Part shown: piece after piece, positions 48,305-58,807 of the stretch | Position numbering within the stretch: position 1 is the stretch's first letter | Layout of the letters: each line of letters opens with the position of its first letter | Assembly: GCA_965116475.1 (NCBI GenBank) | Contig: OZ220691.1 | Span: forward strand, 1,728,001 to 1,792,000 | DNA length: 64,000 nt | Reading direction: 5' to 3' | Source of the DNA: Gemmatimonadota bacterium | GTDB taxonomy: Bacteria > Gemmatimonadota > Gemmatimonadetes > Palauibacterales > Palauibacteraceae | Translations under genes and position numbers: made by a program | The notes under the pieces: generated by a model | Seen by the model: only the letters and a program-made list of their open reading frames with translations | Database searches by the model: none | Told to the model about the DNA's origin: nothing

Positions 48305-49432
48305 ATGAGATTCTCGATTACCCGAGAGGCGCTCCAGAAGGGGCTGGCGGCCACCGCTGCCGCCGTCCCCACCCGAGCCGCGCTCCCGGTGCTCTCGAAT
48401 ATCCTGATCCACGCGGAGGACGATGCCGTGCGGCTGAGCGGCACGGACATGTCGATCTTCGTCTCGTTGTCCGTGCCGGCCGAGATCTCCGAAGCGGGAG
48501 TGGTCGCGCTGCCGGCGAGACAGCTCCTGGAGATCTCGCGCGTACTCGACGACGCGCCCGTGAAGTTCGCGGCTGCGGCGGGAGACCGCGACGCGGCGGC
48601 AACCGGAGTGGACATCGAGTGCGGCCGGAGCAAGTTCCGCCTTTACGGACAGGCCCCGGACGAGTTCCCGGATTTCCCGGAGGTCGACTTCGACGGGGGC
48701 TGGGAAATGTCTGCGGGCGACCTGCAGACCCTGATCGAGCGGACGAGTTTCGCCGTTTCCACGGAGGACAGCCGACCGATTCTGAACGGGATTCTGTGGC
48801 AGTTGCGCGCAGCCGGGACCGTCATGGTCGCAACGAACGGCCACCGGCTGGCGAAGGTGTCACGCGAGCTCGAGGTCGGCGGCTCGCCGGCGGAGGTGGA
48901 TCTCATCATTCCGCCCAAGGCGCTGAACCAGGTGCAGAAGCTGTATTCGGCCGACACCGTGCTTCAGATCGCGCGCTCGGAGAACCACCTGGCGTTCCGC
49001 TCCGAGGACCGGGAGGTCTTCACTTCGCTCATCGAGGGGCCGTATCCGAACTACGAGCAGGTGATCCCGAAGGACAACGACAAGGTGGCGACCGTGAACC
49101 GGGCGGCGCTCGAGACGGCGGTGCGGCGCGTCGCGGTGATGGCGGACGATTCGACGCGGCGAGTGCGCCTCTCCTTCAAGGCCGGCGACCTCGGGTTCAA
49201 GGTCCAGACGCCGGATCTCGGGGAGGCGGAGGACGCGCTGTCGCTGGACTACGAGGGTGAGGACATCCAGATCGGTTTCAATGCGACGTACCTCCTCGAG
49301 GTGTTGCGTCACATGCCGGAGGAGGATGTCCGAATGACGTTCAAGGCGCCGGAACGGGCCGCGACGTTCTCCCCGGCGAGCGGGGAACCCGACTACCTCT
49401 GCCTCGTGATGCCGCTGCGCATCCTCGACTGA
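48305..49432 (+). CDS. dnaN: DNA polymerase III beta clamp
   Basis: LPVLSNIL, SRPILNG, ATNGHRL, LIEGPYPNYEQVIP, IGFN..YL, VMPLR. Confidence 0.97.
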   Translation: MRFSITREALQKGLAATAAAVPTRAALPVLSNILIHAEDDAVRLSGTDMSIFVSLSVPAEISEAGVVALPARQLLEISRVLDDAPVKFAAAAGDRDAAATGVDIECGRSKFRLYGQAPDEFPDFPEVDFDGGWEMSAGDLQTLIERTSFAVSTEDSRPILNGILWQLRAAGTVMVATNGHRLAKVSRELEVGGSPAEVDLIIPPKALNQVQKLYSADTVLQIARSENHLAFRSEDREVFTSLIEGPYPNYEQVIPKDNDKVATVNRAALETAVRRVAVMADDSTRRVRLSFKAGDLGFKVQTPDLGEAEDALSLDYEGEDIQIGFNATYLLEVLRHMPEEDVRMTFKAPERAATFSPASGEPDYLCLVMPLRILD

Positions 49433-49449
49433 GGCGCGTCGCGACAAGG

Positions 49450-50211
49450 ATGATGACGTGCGCGACGTGCGGGCACGAGAGCGCCGCGTTCGGCCGCTGT
49501 CCCTTCTGTGGAGCGGCTGCGGCGACACCCGGGGAAGCGCGCGCGGGTGCAGAGGAGGGCGCCGGGGACGTAAACCTGCCCGCATGGGAGGATCCGGCCG
49601 TATCCTTCCCGCTGAACTTCATCGAGACGTGGCGCCGGAGCGTATTCGAGCCCGCTGCCTTCTTTGCCGGCGGGCCCTTCGACCGGGCGGCGGTGCGCCC
49701 GGTCCTCTACTACCTCCTGGTCAGCGTCCTCGCAGCCGCGCTCTCGCTGACCTGGGGTGCGTTGCTGCCGACGACGCAACCGGGACTGGTGGGGACCCTC
49801 GCCGAGATCATGAACGTCGCCCTGCCGGATGGTGCGGACTCCGCCGGCTCCATCGGCAGACTCGCCGATTTCTTCCTCGCGCCGTTCTGGGCGGTGCTGT
49901 ACCTCATCATCGCGAGTGCGGTCCTCCATGTGTTCGTGCTGGTACTGGTCCCCGGGCGCCGAAGCCTCACGGCGACCGTTCGCACCATCTGCTATGCGTG
50001 CGGCCCCGGCGTGTTCGCCGTCGTCCCCTTCATCGGCGGCCTGGTGGCGGGCATCTGGGGAGTCGTGCTGACCGTGATCGGTCTGCGGGAAGCACACCGG
50101 ACCACGACCGGCAGGGCCTTCGCCGCATGGCTGCTGGCCGCCGCCCTGCCGGTTGCCCTGCTGCTGCTGGGGGTGCTGCTCGTCATCGCCCGTGTGGCAA
50201 GCGGAGTTTGA
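49450..50211 (+). CDS. YIP1-family membrane protein with N-terminal zinc ribbon
   Basis: CATC...CPFC, LPAWE, about five TM helices. Confidence 0.75.
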   Translation: MMTCATCGHESAAFGRCPFCGAAAATPGEARAGAEEGAGDVNLPAWEDPAVSFPLNFIETWRRSVFEPAAFFAGGPFDRAAVRPVLYYLLVSVLAAALSLTWGALLPTTQPGLVGTLAEIMNVALPDGADSAGSIGRLADFFLAPFWAVLYLIIASAVLHVFVLVLVPGRRSLTATVRTICYACGPGVFAVVPFIGGLVAGIWGVVLTVIGLREAHRTTTGRAFAAWLLAAALPVALLLLGVLLVIARVASGV

Positions 50212-50936
50212 GCGGCGCAATTCCGCGGCCTGCCGCCACCGTCGTCGTCGCGACCCAGGGGGGCTCCGGGCTGGAGCTCCTCCTGCTTCACCGCCCCGCC
50301 GACGCCAGGTTCGGAGCGGGGGCATGGGCCTTTCCCGGCGGCGCGATCGACGCGGATGACGCCCGCGCGACGTGGGAGAACCGAATCCCGGCCGCCGGCG
50401 AAGCCGCGGCGTGCGTGGCCGCGCTGCGGGAACTGTTCGAGGAGACGGGAATCATGCCGGCGCCGGTGCGCGGCGGCGGACCGGACGAGTTGGCCGGGGC
50501 GCGCCGATCTTTGCTGGCGGACGGGATCCGTTTCTCGCGCGTGGCGGAACGTCTCGAACTCGACTTTTCTTCCACGCGCATCGTGTACTTCGCACGCTGG
50601 ATCACACCGCGCGGTGCGGCGCTCCGGTTCGACACCCGTTTCTTCCTCCTCTCGCTGGAGGAACGGCCGGGTCGCGTGAGCCTCACGCCGGAACACGAGG
50701 CAGCCCTCTGGACGACACCGGACGCGGCCCTGCGGCGCTTCTCAGCCGGCCGGCTACCGATGATGTTCCCGACGGCAAGGACGATCGAGCGCCTCGCCGG
50801 CTTCCGGTCGGTCGAGGACGCCATGATGGCGCTCAGCGACGTGCGAGTGGAACCGGCTCTGGTCAGGCTCGGCGGCGGCGAGGACGGGCCGACGCCGCTC
50901 GCTCCCGGAGACCCCGGATACGACGAGGCCCGGTGA
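50208..50936 (+). CDS. NUDIX hydrolase (NUDT19-like)
   Basis: PRPAATVV, FPGG..D, ALRELFEETG, WITP, RFDTRFF; TTG overlaps the upstream stop. Confidence 0.85.
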   Translation: MSGAIPRPAATVVVATQGGSGLELLLLHRPADARFGAGAWAFPGGAIDADDARATWENRIPAAGEAAACVAALRELFEETGIMPAPVRGGGPDELAGARRSLLADGIRFSRVAERLELDFSSTRIVYFARWITPRGAALRFDTRFFLLSLEERPGRVSLTPEHEAALWTTPDAALRRFSAGRLPMMFPTARTIERLAGFRSVEDAMMALSDVRVEPALVRLGGGEDGPTPLAPGDPGYDEAR

Positions 50937-51754
50937 CGTCGCGGGGACGCCGCCCACGTGTGCGATCGTCGCGCGTGGCCCTCCACGGACCGGAGATCGC
51001 GGCGGTTCGGGCCGACAACCCGGGCCCGCTCACGCTGACCGGGACGCAGACGTATGTGATCGGGACGGGGCCGCTGATCGTGCTGGACCCCGGGCCGCCG
51101 GACGAAGCGCACCTCGACCGCATCGATGACGTGATCGCGGGAAGACCCGTGGCGGCGGTCTGCCTGACGCACGCGCACGCGGACCACGCGGCGTCCGCGG
51201 CGGGTGCCTCCGCCCGCTGGGGAGAGCTCCGCGCCTCCTCCGCCACCCTCGACCTCGTGGGGGCGGCGGGCCGCGCGCTGGCGGACGACGAGGTCCTGGA
51301 GCCCGGAGAGGGCCTCCGCCTGCGGGTGATCCCGACGCCCGGTCATGCCGCGGACCACCTCTGTTACCTGCTCGAGCCCTCGCGCGCCCTCTTCACGGGG
51401 GATCTCGTACTCGGCGAAGGCAGCACCATGATCGCCCACCCGGATGGGTCCGTGGAGGCCTACCTCGCGAGTCTCGCGCGCCTCGCGGCCCTCCGTCCCG
51501 CGCGCCTGCTCCCGGGACACGGCCCACCCGTCGAGGATGCGCTCGCACGCCTCGAAGAATGCCGCGCGCACCGGCTGCGCCGCGTGGCGTCCGTTCGGCG
51601 GGCGCTGGAGGCCGGCGCCCGAACCCCGGAACGGATCCGGGCCGCGGTCTACGGGGATCTTCCCGCCTCACACCACGCGGCGGCGCACCTGACGATCCGC
51701 GCCTACCTCGCCTTTCTCGGGGAGACAACCTCGTCGATCAGCCGTCGGAGATAG
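50933..51754 (+). CDS. MBL-fold metallohydrolase (LACTB2-like)
   Basis: NPGPLTLTGT, DPGP, THAHADH, TPGH, GD, PGHG. Confidence 0.88.
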   Translation: MTSRGRRPRVRSSRVALHGPEIAAVRADNPGPLTLTGTQTYVIGTGPLIVLDPGPPDEAHLDRIDDVIAGRPVAAVCLTHAHADHAASAAGASARWGELRASSATLDLVGAAGRALADDEVLEPGEGLRLRVIPTPGHAADHLCYLLEPSRALFTGDLVLGEGSTMIAHPDGSVEAYLASLARLAALRPARLLPGHGPPVEDALARLEECRAHRLRRVASVRRALEAGARTPERIRAAVYGDLPASHHAAAHLTIRAYLAFLGETTSSISRRR

Positions 51755-52806
51755 GCGGGAAACGCGAGATCGCCGAATTCCCCGGGGCCCACCCACCGGT
51801 GCGGCTGCTCCCCCGCAACGTGGCCGGACCGCCACCGGGCCCCGTGCACCGCGAGCCGCAGACGGAAATGGCTGAACGTATGCCGCAGCACGCGGATTTC
51901 CCCGCCCACGCGACAGTCGATACCGAACCGTTCCCGGAGCGCTGTCGTGAGCGCGGCCACGGCGGCCGCGGGCAGGGTCGGCGAGGATAGCGCGACGGAC
52001 GGGAAGTCCCACAGGCCGCCCAGGAGCCCGTCCGACGGCCGGCGCACCACAAGCACCCGTCCGCCCCGGCGGACCACGGCCGCCGCCTCGACCCGCTCGG
52101 GGGACCTGGCGCGCGTCTTCCTCCGGGGACGCTGCCCGACCGTGCCCCGCCGCAGCGCCAGGCATCGGTTCGACAGCGGGCACGCTTCGCAACTCGGGCG
52201 GCGCGGCGTACAGACGGCGCTTCCGAGGTCCATCAGCGCCTGGTTCACGTCCCCCGGCCGCCGCGAGGCCGCGCCGAGGAGCGTTCGTGCGGCCCGATCC
52301 AACTCGGAGGGCGAGCCCGTCTCGAGATCGCCCAGGCGCGACAGGACGCGGCGTGCGTTCCCATCGACCGCGGGTTCCGGCAGCCCGAACGCGATACTGG
52401 CGACGGCCCCCGCCGTATAGGGGCCCACCCCCGGGAGCGTCCGCAGCTCCGACACCGCCCGAGGGATCCGTCCGCCGTACTCCGACACCACGCGCCGCGC
52501 CGCCCGACGCAGGTTGCGGGCCCGCGCGTAGTACCCCAATCCCTCCCAGAGGCCGAGAACCTCGTCCTCCTCCGCTTCCGCGAGCGTCCGCACGTCGGGG
52601 AAGCGATCCATGAACCTCCGATGGTACGGGCCGGCGGTCTCCGCGCGCGTCTGCTGCGCCATCACCTCCGCCACCAGGATCGCGTAGGGGTCACGCTCTC
52701 CGCGCCACGCGATGTCGTCCCGCCGCCGCGCGTCGAACCAGTCCAGCAGCGGCGCCGCCGCCGCCGCCGCGGCCGCGTCAGCGCGAGGCTTCCGGGAAGA
52801 CGCCAT
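51703..52806 (-). CDS. mutY: A/G-specific adenine glycosylase MutY
   Basis: EVMAQQT, WEGLGYYARARNL, LPGVGPYTA, VDGN, CTPRRPSCEACPL...C, HTFSHF. Confidence 0.95.
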   Translation of the reverse strand: MASSRKPRADAAAAAAAAPLLDWFDARRRDDIAWRGERDPYAILVAEVMAQQTRAETAGPYHRRFMDRFPDVRTLAEAEEDEVLGLWEGLGYYARARNLRRAARRVVSEYGGRIPRAVSELRTLPGVGPYTAGAVASIAFGLPEPAVDGNARRVLSRLGDLETGSPSELDRAARTLLGAASRRPGDVNQALMDLGSAVCTPRRPSCEACPLSNRCLALRRGTVGQRPRRKTRARSPERVEAAAVVRRGGRVLVVRRPSDGLLGGLWDFPSVALSSPTLPAAAVAALTTALRERFGIDCRVGGEIRVLRHTFSHFRLRLAVHGARWRSGHVAGEQPHRWVGPGEFGDLAFPAYLRRLIDEVVSPRKAR

Positions 52807-53581
52807 CGAAGATGAACACCGCGGGTCCGGTGAGGCGGATCCGCTCCGCCTCGAGGAATTCCACCGTCAGCGCGGCCCCGGACCGGGCGAGGAACTCGAC
52901 CCGGTCCCCCGCCTCCCCCGCGGCCCGGAGAGCGAACGCGACCGCCATGCAGCCGCTGCCGCAGGCGAGCGTCTCCCCCTCCACGCCCCGTTCGAAGGTG
53001 CGGATCGACGCGGTCCCTCCGTCGCGGGCGACAAGGTGCACATTCGCCCCTCCCGGACCGACATCCTCGCGCCACCGCAGCGGTCGGCAGAGATCTTCGA
53101 AGTCCTCCACCTCCACCGACGGGACGGGAACCACGAGGTGTGCCGTCCCCATCCGCACCAGCCAGGCGTCCCGTTCCCCCGCCGCCCCGCCGCCGAGGGG
53201 CACGCGCAGGTCACGTTCCACGCCGGCGTCGAGCGCGTATTCCAGCGCCACGCGGTCCTCCCGCACCCGCGCCAGGATCTCACCGTCGTCCGTCACGAGG
53301 ATGTGATCGGGGGGCACGAGCCCCCGGTCCACCGCGTAACGCGCCGCGCAACGCGAACCGTTCCCGCAGGTGGAGAACTCGGAGCCATCGCGGTTGAAGA
53401 ACCGGAGGCGTACGACTTCCTCGCTCAGGCTTCGGACCGTGATCAACCCGTCCACGCCCACGCCCGTCTGGCGGGGGCACAGCGCGGCGGCCAGGGCCCC
53501 CGCATCCCGGAGCCCCAGTTCTTCGCCCCGCACGATCACGAAGTCATTGCCGGCTCCGGTGTATTTGCTGAATAACGACAT
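52778..53581 (-). CDS. dapF: Diaminopimelate epimerase
   Basis: GAGNDF, NRDGS..STCGNGSRC, TFERGVEGETLACGSG. Confidence 0.92.
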   Translation of the reverse strand: MSLFSKYTGAGNDFVIVRGEELGLRDAGALAAALCPRQTGVGVDGLITVRSLSEEVVRLRFFNRDGSEFSTCGNGSRCAARYAVDRGLVPPDHILVTDDGEILARVREDRVALEYALDAGVERDLRVPLGGGAAGERDAWLVRMGTAHLVVPVPSVEVEDFEDLCRPLRWREDVGPGGANVHLVARDGGTASIRTFERGVEGETLACGSGCMAVAFALRAAGEAGDRVEFLARSGAALTVEFLEAERIRLTGPAVFIFDGVFPEASR

Positions 53582-53600
53582 TTTCAGAGGGGAGGGGGGA

Positions 53601-53642
53601 CAAAAAGGAAGCCGGCCGCGAGCGTGAAGCCCGCGGCCGGCT
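53601..53642 (-). terminator. Rho-independent terminator 20 nt upstream of dapF
   Basis: Minus strand: AGCCGGCCGCGGGC-UUCAC-GCUCGCGGCCGGCU followed by UCCUUUUUG. Confidence 0.8.
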
Positions 53643-53737
53643 CTTGTCTCAACCGAAACCTGACTCGACGCGACGCCGGCGAGGCACCGCAGCTTTCAGG
53701 TCGGCGCATGTCTCGAGCGCCACCGGTTCAGGACCGG

Positions 53738-53803
53738 TTACGCTGCCTCGAGGCGATCGCTTGCCCGTGCCGAGTCAGACCCGGTTCTACATCCTGCAGA
53801 CAC
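53738..53803 (-). CDS. Candidate 21-aa small ORF MSAGCRTGSDSARASDRLEAA
   Basis: GTG start directly after AAGGAGGTGAT (extended SD at 53807-53817); TAA stop. Confidence 0.45.
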   Translation of the reverse strand: MSAGCRTGSDSARASDRLEAA

Positions 53804-53956
53804 TAGATCACCTCCTTCCAAAGGGTTTACGGATAGGGCACGAAAGCACCTACTGCCCGCAATGATGCCGTCCGGTCGGTCGCGCGGCAAGTTTTTTCGG
53901 CTTGCCGGCTCCGCCACCTTCCGTGAGAATCAGGCCGGCCAGACGGCGAGGAGGAG

Positions 53957-54646
53957 ATGACGGACAGCCGGACGGAAAGCCAACAGGGGGCGTTGTCGCC
54001 GGAGGAGCGGCAGGCGACGGTGGACCGTCTCTGCGCGCATTTCGCGCGCGACGCCATGAATACGACCGAATTGGAACGCCGCCTGGACATCGCGTACACC
54101 GCGCGCACCCGGGCGGAACTCGTCGCGCTCGAGCGCGATCTGCCCGCGCTCCGGAGCGAAACCCGCCCGGCAGTCCCGGAACCCGCGACGACCGCCGCCG
54201 TGCCGGTGGATCCCGCGCGCCCCGTCCAGGAGCACGATCTCATCGTCTCCATCTGGGGGGCGACCGAGCGCAAGGGCAGTTGGGTTCCACCCCGCCAGCT
54301 CACCGCTGTCACCGTGATGGGGGGGACGGATCTCGATTTTCGGCAGGCGGCGTTCGCGGCGGAGACGGTGTCGATCCGGCTCCTTGCGCTCATGGGGGGC
54401 GTCGACATCGTCGTCCCCCCGGGGGTCCGCGTCGAGTGGGGCGGCATCGCGCTCATGGGGGGCGTCTCCATGCCCGAACCCGTCACGCCGCCGGCCCCGG
54501 ACGCTCCCGTCATCCGCCTCAGCGGCCTCGTCTGCATGGGAGGCGTCGACGTCGTCGAGCGACACCCGGGCGAGAGCGCGAGGGACGCGCGGAAGCGGAT
54601 CAGAAAGGATCGCAAAGCCCGGCGAAGACTCGCTTCGGGCGACTAG
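53957..54646 (+). CDS. DUF1707 (SHOCT-like) plus LiaF-like C-terminal domain protein
   Basis: ER..TVDRL..HF, ELERRLD.AY.ART..EL...DLP; MGG..LDFR and MGGV repeats; GAGGAG RBS. Confidence 0.8.
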   Translation: MTDSRTESQQGALSPEERQATVDRLCAHFARDAMNTTELERRLDIAYTARTRAELVALERDLPALRSETRPAVPEPATTAAVPVDPARPVQEHDLIVSIWGATERKGSWVPPRQLTAVTVMGGTDLDFRQAAFAAETVSIRLLALMGGVDIVVPPGVRVEWGGIALMGGVSMPEPVTPPAPDAPVIRLSGLVCMGGVDVVERHPGESARDARKRIRKDRKARRRLASGD

Positions 54647-54669
54647 CGTGGAGGCCGGCGCGGAATTGC

Positions 54670-54699
54670 TTGACGCCCGGCTCGCGGCTCGGATATAGT
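54670..54699 (+). promoter_or_regulatory. Putative sigma70 promoter for gcvH-gcvP operon
   Basis: TTGACG-18 nt-TATAGT. Confidence 0.65.
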
Positions 54700-54751
54700 C
54701 TCCACCGCCGCCACCCCAGAGACGCTCGATCCGAAGCAAGGCAAGGTACGC

Positions 54752-55153
54752 ATGTCGGACATTCCGGAAGACCTCAGATACACGCCCGAGCACGAATACG
54801 TGCGGGAAACCGACGTCGAAGGCGAGGTCTTGATCGGGATCACGGACTACGCCCAGGGGGAACTGGGCGATGTGGTCTACGTCGAACTCCCCGCGCCCGG
54901 CGAAGAGTTCGGCCAGATGGAGGCCTTCGGCACCGTCGAGGCCGTGAAGACCGTCTCCGAACTCTTCTGCCCCGCGGCGGGCGCGATCGTGGCGGTGAAC
55001 GAGGCGCTGGAGGCGGACCCCGGTGTCGTCAACAGCGATCCCTACGGTGGAGGATGGATGATCCGGCTCGAGCTGGAATCGCCCGAGGATTTCAACGAAC
55101 TCCTCACCGCCGAACAGTACGCCGCCCTCGTCGCCGACCCGGACGAGATCTGA
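54752..55153 (+). CDS. gcvH: Glycine cleavage system H protein
   Basis: [24 protein letters not shown] (lipoyl Lys), NSDPYGGGW. Confidence 0.96.
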   Translation: MSDIPEDLRYTPEHEYVRETDVEGEVLIGITDYAQGELGDVVYVELPAPGEEFGQMEAFGTVEAVKTVSELFCPAAGAIVAVNEALEADPGVVNSDPYGGGWMIRLELESPEDFNELLTAEQYAALVADPDEI

Positions 55154-55169
55154 CGGCCCGCTCCTGAAC

Positions 55170-58076
55170 ATGCAACTGGAGATGGAGCCGTTCGACGAGT
55201 TCGCCGGGCGCCACATAGGACTGGCGCCCTCGGACATCGGTCCGATGCTGGAGGCGGTCGGCGCGAAGAGCCTCGGCGACCTCGTCGATGAGACGGTTCC
55301 CGAGCCGATCCGCCTGGGTCGCGACCTCGACCTGCCGGAAGCGATCACCGAGCGAAGGCTCCTCGATCGCGCGGCGGAGCTCGCGCGCCTCAACCGCCCC
55401 TTCCGTTCCTATCTCGGCCTGGGGTATCACGGGACGCTGACGCCCGGCGTCATCCTCCGGAACATCATGGAGAACCCTGGGTGGTATACACAGTATACGC
55501 CCTATCAGGCGGAGATCTCGCAGGGGCGCCTCGAGGCCCTGCTCAACTTCCAGACGATGGTCATCGACCTCACGGGGCTTCCGATCGCGAATGCCTCGCT
55601 CCTGGACGAGGGGACCGCCGCGGCGGAGGCGATGCTCATGCTCTGGGGCAGCAAGGGGAGCGACGAGCGGAACGTCTTCCTCGTGTCCGAGGCCTGCCAT
55701 CCCCAGACCGTCGCCGTCGTCCGTGGCCGCGCCCGGCCGCTCGGCATCCAGGTCCGGCTCTTCCAGCACGGCGACATCGCGGCCCACGATCCCGACGACG
55801 CCTTCGGCGCGCTCCTTCAATACCCGACCACGGAAGGCGCGGTCCTCGACTATCGGGGTCTCTGCGACGCCCTTCACGAGCACGGGGCCGGAGTCGTGGT
55901 CGCGGCGGATCTCCTCGCCCTCGCGCTGCTCGTCCCGCCGGGGGAGTTCGGCGCGGACATCGCCGTCGGCAACTCCCAGCGGTTCGGCGTGCCCATGGGT
56001 TACGGCGGACCGCACGCCGCCTACCTCGCGGCCACGGACGCGTTCAGGCGCAAGCTGCCGGGGCGGATCATTGGCGTCTCGGTCGACGCGGACGGGAACC
56101 CCGCGCTCCGGATGGCCCTGCAGACGCGCGAGCAGCACATTCGGCGAGAGAAGGCGACGTCGAACATCTGCACCGCCCAGGTGCTGCTGGCGATCATGGC
56201 CGGGATGTACGCGGTGTATCACGGCCCGGAGGGCATCCGCGCCATCGCGACCCGCGTGCGCAAGTTGGCGTGGACGCTCGCCCACGGACTCGACCGGCTC
56301 GGGCACACGATCGTTCACGAGCAGTTCTTCGACACCCTGCAGGTCATCCCCTCGGGCTTCACCTCCGCCGACATTCTCGCCAGGGCGCGCGAACGCGGCA
56401 TCAACCTGCGGGATTTCGAGGATGGGACCGTCGGGATCGCCCTCGACGAGACGGTGCGGGGCGAGGACATGGAGGATCTGTTCGCGGTCTTCGGGGAGGA
56501 GGGCGGGCCGCGACTCGGCGCCGCGGAGGTCGCCGCGGACATTCCGGAGCCCGTCTATCCCGCGGAACTCGCGCGCACCTCGGACTACCTCGAGCACCCG
56601 GTCTTCAACCGGTACCGTTCCGAGACCGAGATGCTGCGCTACATCCATCGGCTCGAAACCCGGGACCTGTCGCTGAACACGAGCATGATCCCGCTCGGAT
56701 CCTGCACGATGAAGCTCAACGCGACCTCCGAGATGATCCCCGTCACGTGGCCGGAGTTCGGGTCCCTGCACCCGTTCGCCCCCGTGGACCAGACCGAGGG
56801 TTATCGGCGCCTGTTCGACGACCTCGAACGGTGGCTCTGCGAGATGAGCGGACTCCCCGCCTGCTCGCTGCAGCCGAACTCGGGGGCCCAGGGCGAATAC
56901 ACCGGCCTGCTCGTGATCGCGGCCCGACACGAGGACCGGGGCGAAGGGACCCGGGACGTGTGCCTCATCCCGTCGTCGGCGCACGGGACGAACCCCGCGA
57001 GCGCGGTCATGGCCGGGATGAAGGTCGTCGTCGTCCGCTGCGACGAGAACGGGAACATCGACGTGGAAGATCTGCGCGCCAAGGCGGAGAAGCATGCCGA
57101 CCGGCTGGCGGCGACGATGATCACGTATCCGTCCACGCACGGCGTGTTCGAGTCGGCCATCCGGGAGGTTACGGACATCGTGCACGAGCACGGCGGCCTC
57201 GTGTACCTCGATGGCGCCAACCTCAACGCCCAGGTCGGCCTCTGCCGGCCGGGCGACTACGGCGCCGACGTCATCCACATCAACCTCCACAAGACGTTCG
57301 CCATCCCGCACGGCGGGGGCGGTCCGGGGATGGGTCCGATCTGCGTCACGGACGAATTGGCGCCCTACCTGCCGGGACACCCGCTCGTCGACGTGGGCGG
57401 CGACGCCGCGATCCCGCCGGTCTCCGCGGCGCCGTGGGGGAGCGCTTCGATTCTGCTCATCTCGTGGGCCTACATCGCCATGCTCGGCCGCGACGGCGTG
57501 CGCGCCGCGACCGAGGCGGCCGTTCTCAACGCGAACTACATGGCCAGCCTTCTCAGCGAGCACTTCGACGTCCTCTACCGGGGCGAGCACGGGCGGGTGG
57601 CGCACGAGTTCATCCTCGATCTGCGTCCGCTCAGGCGGGGGACGGGCGTGACGGACGAGGATGTCGCGAAGCGGCTCATGGACTACGGATTCCACGCGCC
57701 CACCATGTCCTTCCCGGTCGCGGGCACGATCATGATCGAGCCCACGGAGAGCGAGTCGAAGCGGGAACTGGACCGGCTCGTCCACGCCCTGGCCTCGATC
57801 CGCGAGGAGATTCGGCGGATCGCGGAGGGGACGCTGGATGCGAAGGACAATCCGCTGAAGAATGCGCCGCACACCGCGGAGATGGTCACGGACGATGGGT
57901 GGGACCACGCCTACACGCGGCGGGAAGCGGCCTGGCCGGCGCCGTCGACCCGGGAGTGGAAGTTCTGGCCGCCCGTGCGCCGCGTGAACAACGCGTACGG
58001 GGACCGAAACCTCATCTGCGCGTGTCCGCCGATCGAGAGCTACGAGAGCGAGACCGCCGACACCGCGGCGGTATAG
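55170..58076 (+). CDS. gcvP: Glycine dehydrogenase (decarboxylating), P protein
   Basis: [45 protein letters not shown]. Confidence 0.97.
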   Translation: MQLEMEPFDEFAGRHIGLAPSDIGPMLEAVGAKSLGDLVDETVPEPIRLGRDLDLPEAITERRLLDRAAELARLNRPFRSYLGLGYHGTLTPGVILRNIMENPGWYTQYTPYQAEISQGRLEALLNFQTMVIDLTGLPIANASLLDEGTAAAEAMLMLWGSKGSDERNVFLVSEACHPQTVAVVRGRARPLGIQVRLFQHGDIAAHDPDDAFGALLQYPTTEGAVLDYRGLCDALHEHGAGVVVAADLLALALLVPPGEFGADIAVGNSQRFGVPMGYGGPHAAYLAATDAFRRKLPGRIIGVSVDADGNPALRMALQTREQHIRREKATSNICTAQVLLAIMAGMYAVYHGPEGIRAIATRVRKLAWTLAHGLDRLGHTIVHEQFFDTLQVIPSGFTSADILARARERGINLRDFEDGTVGIALDETVRGEDMEDLFAVFGEEGGPRLGAAEVAADIPEPVYPAELARTSDYLEHPVFNRYRSETEMLRYIHRLETRDLSLNTSMIPLGSCTMKLNATSEMIPVTWPEFGSLHPFAPVDQTEGYRRLFDDLERWLCEMSGLPACSLQPNSGAQGEYTGLLVIAARHEDRGEGTRDVCLIPSSAHGTNPASAVMAGMKVVVVRCDENGNIDVEDLRAKAEKHADRLAATMITYPSTHGVFESAIREVTDIVHEHGGLVYLDGANLNAQVGLCRPGDYGADVIHINLHKTFAIPHGGGGPGMGPICVTDELAPYLPGHPLVDVGGDAAIPPVSAAPWGSASILLISWAYIAMLGRDGVRAATEAAVLNANYMASLLSEHFDVLYRGEHGRVAHEFILDLRPLRRGTGVTDEDVAKRLMDYGFHAPTMSFPVAGTIMIEPTESESKRELDRLVHALASIREEIRRIAEGTLDAKDNPLKNAPHTAEMVTDDGWDHAYTRREAAWPAPSTREWKFWPPVRRVNNAYGDRNLICACPPIESYESETADTAAV

Positions 58077-58114
58077 GCGCCCGCGACACGACACCAGGAC
58101 CAGGAGGGAAGCGG

Positions 58115-58807
58115 ATGGCGCGACTCGTCTTTCACGGCCAGAGCTGCTACGAGATCGAGACGGCGGACGGAACGCGGATCCTCATCGACCCGTTTCTGAC
58201 CGGGAACCCCGTGGCGGACGTCGGACCGGCGCACTTCACGGACCGCCTCGACTATCTCCTCCTCACGCACGGGCACGGCGACCACATCGCGGACGCCTGG
58301 GACATCCTGAAGGCGACGAATGCAAAGCTGATCGCCACGTATGAGATCGTATCGTACGCCGGGGAGGTGCAGGGCCACGCCAACGCCCACCCCATGCACA
58401 TCGGCGGCGCCCACGAGTTCCCCTTCGGGCGCGTCAAGCTCACCGTGGCCCTCCACGGCGGGAAGATCGACGCGCCGGGTGCGGAGGCGTATACGACGAC
58501 GGCGGCCGGCATCCTCCTCACCGTGGACGGCACGCGCGTCTACCATGCCGGAGATACGGGGCTCACGCGCGACATGGAGCTTCTGAAGGGGGACGTGGAT
58601 GTGGCGCTGGTGCCGATCGGCGACAACTTCACGATGGGTCCGGAGGACGCCGCGCGCGCGATCGAGATGATCGAACCCCGCATCGCGGTTCCGAACCACT
58701 ACGGCACATGGGAGTTGATCGACGTCGATCCGGCCCGCTTCACGGCCGCCGTGGGAGACACCGCCGAGGTCGTGATCCTCGAGCCCGGAGAGGCTCTGGA
58801 GTTGTGA
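58115..58807 (+). CDS. Metal-dependent hydrolase, MBL fold (UPF0173-like)
   Basis: IDPFLTGNP, THGHGDH, YHAGDT, PIGDNFTMG, PNHYGTW. Confidence 0.88.
   Translation: MARLVFHGQSCYEIETADGTRILIDPFLTGNPVADVGPAHFTDRLDYLLLTHGHGDHIADAWDILKATNAKLIATYEIVSYAGEVQGHANAHPMHIGGAHEFPFGRVKLTVALHGGKIDAPGAEAYTTTAAGILLTVDGTRVYHAGDTGLTRDMELLKGDVDVALVPIGDNFTMGPEDAARAIEMIEPRIAVPNHYGTWELIDVDPARFTAAVGDTAEVVILEPGEALEL

Larger units (their letters stand above)
53601..53855 (-). ncRNA. Candidate structured small transcript / leader RNA of unknown family
   Basis: Promoter TTGCCG-17-CATCAT (53862-53890), 16-bp long-range helix with G-U pairs, internal hairpins, terminator. Confidence 0.5.

Noticed and set aside
53670..53745. 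Glycine riboswitch or SRP RNA (CTTTCAGG, TCAGGACCGG near gcv genes)
   Set aside because: Lacks the GGAGA/GAAGG aptamer elements and the SRP GGAAGG-AGCAG motif; G-U pairs favour the opposite strand; gcvH has its own promoter.
53738..53803. tmRNA tag (peptide ends LEAA*)
   Set aside because: No tRNA-like acceptor or T-arm, and the ORF has its own SD and start codon.
53805..53820. GATCACCTCCTT, identical to the 16S rRNA 3' end
   Set aside because: No helix 45 or other rRNA sequence upstream; better read as a minus-strand extended SD.
55104..58094. Very long antisense/alternate-frame ORFs (996 aa here; also 7236-9884, 21192-23852, 5713-7566, 43706-45784)
   Set aside because: They shadow well-supported genes, have no motifs, and are expected from high-GC codon bias.
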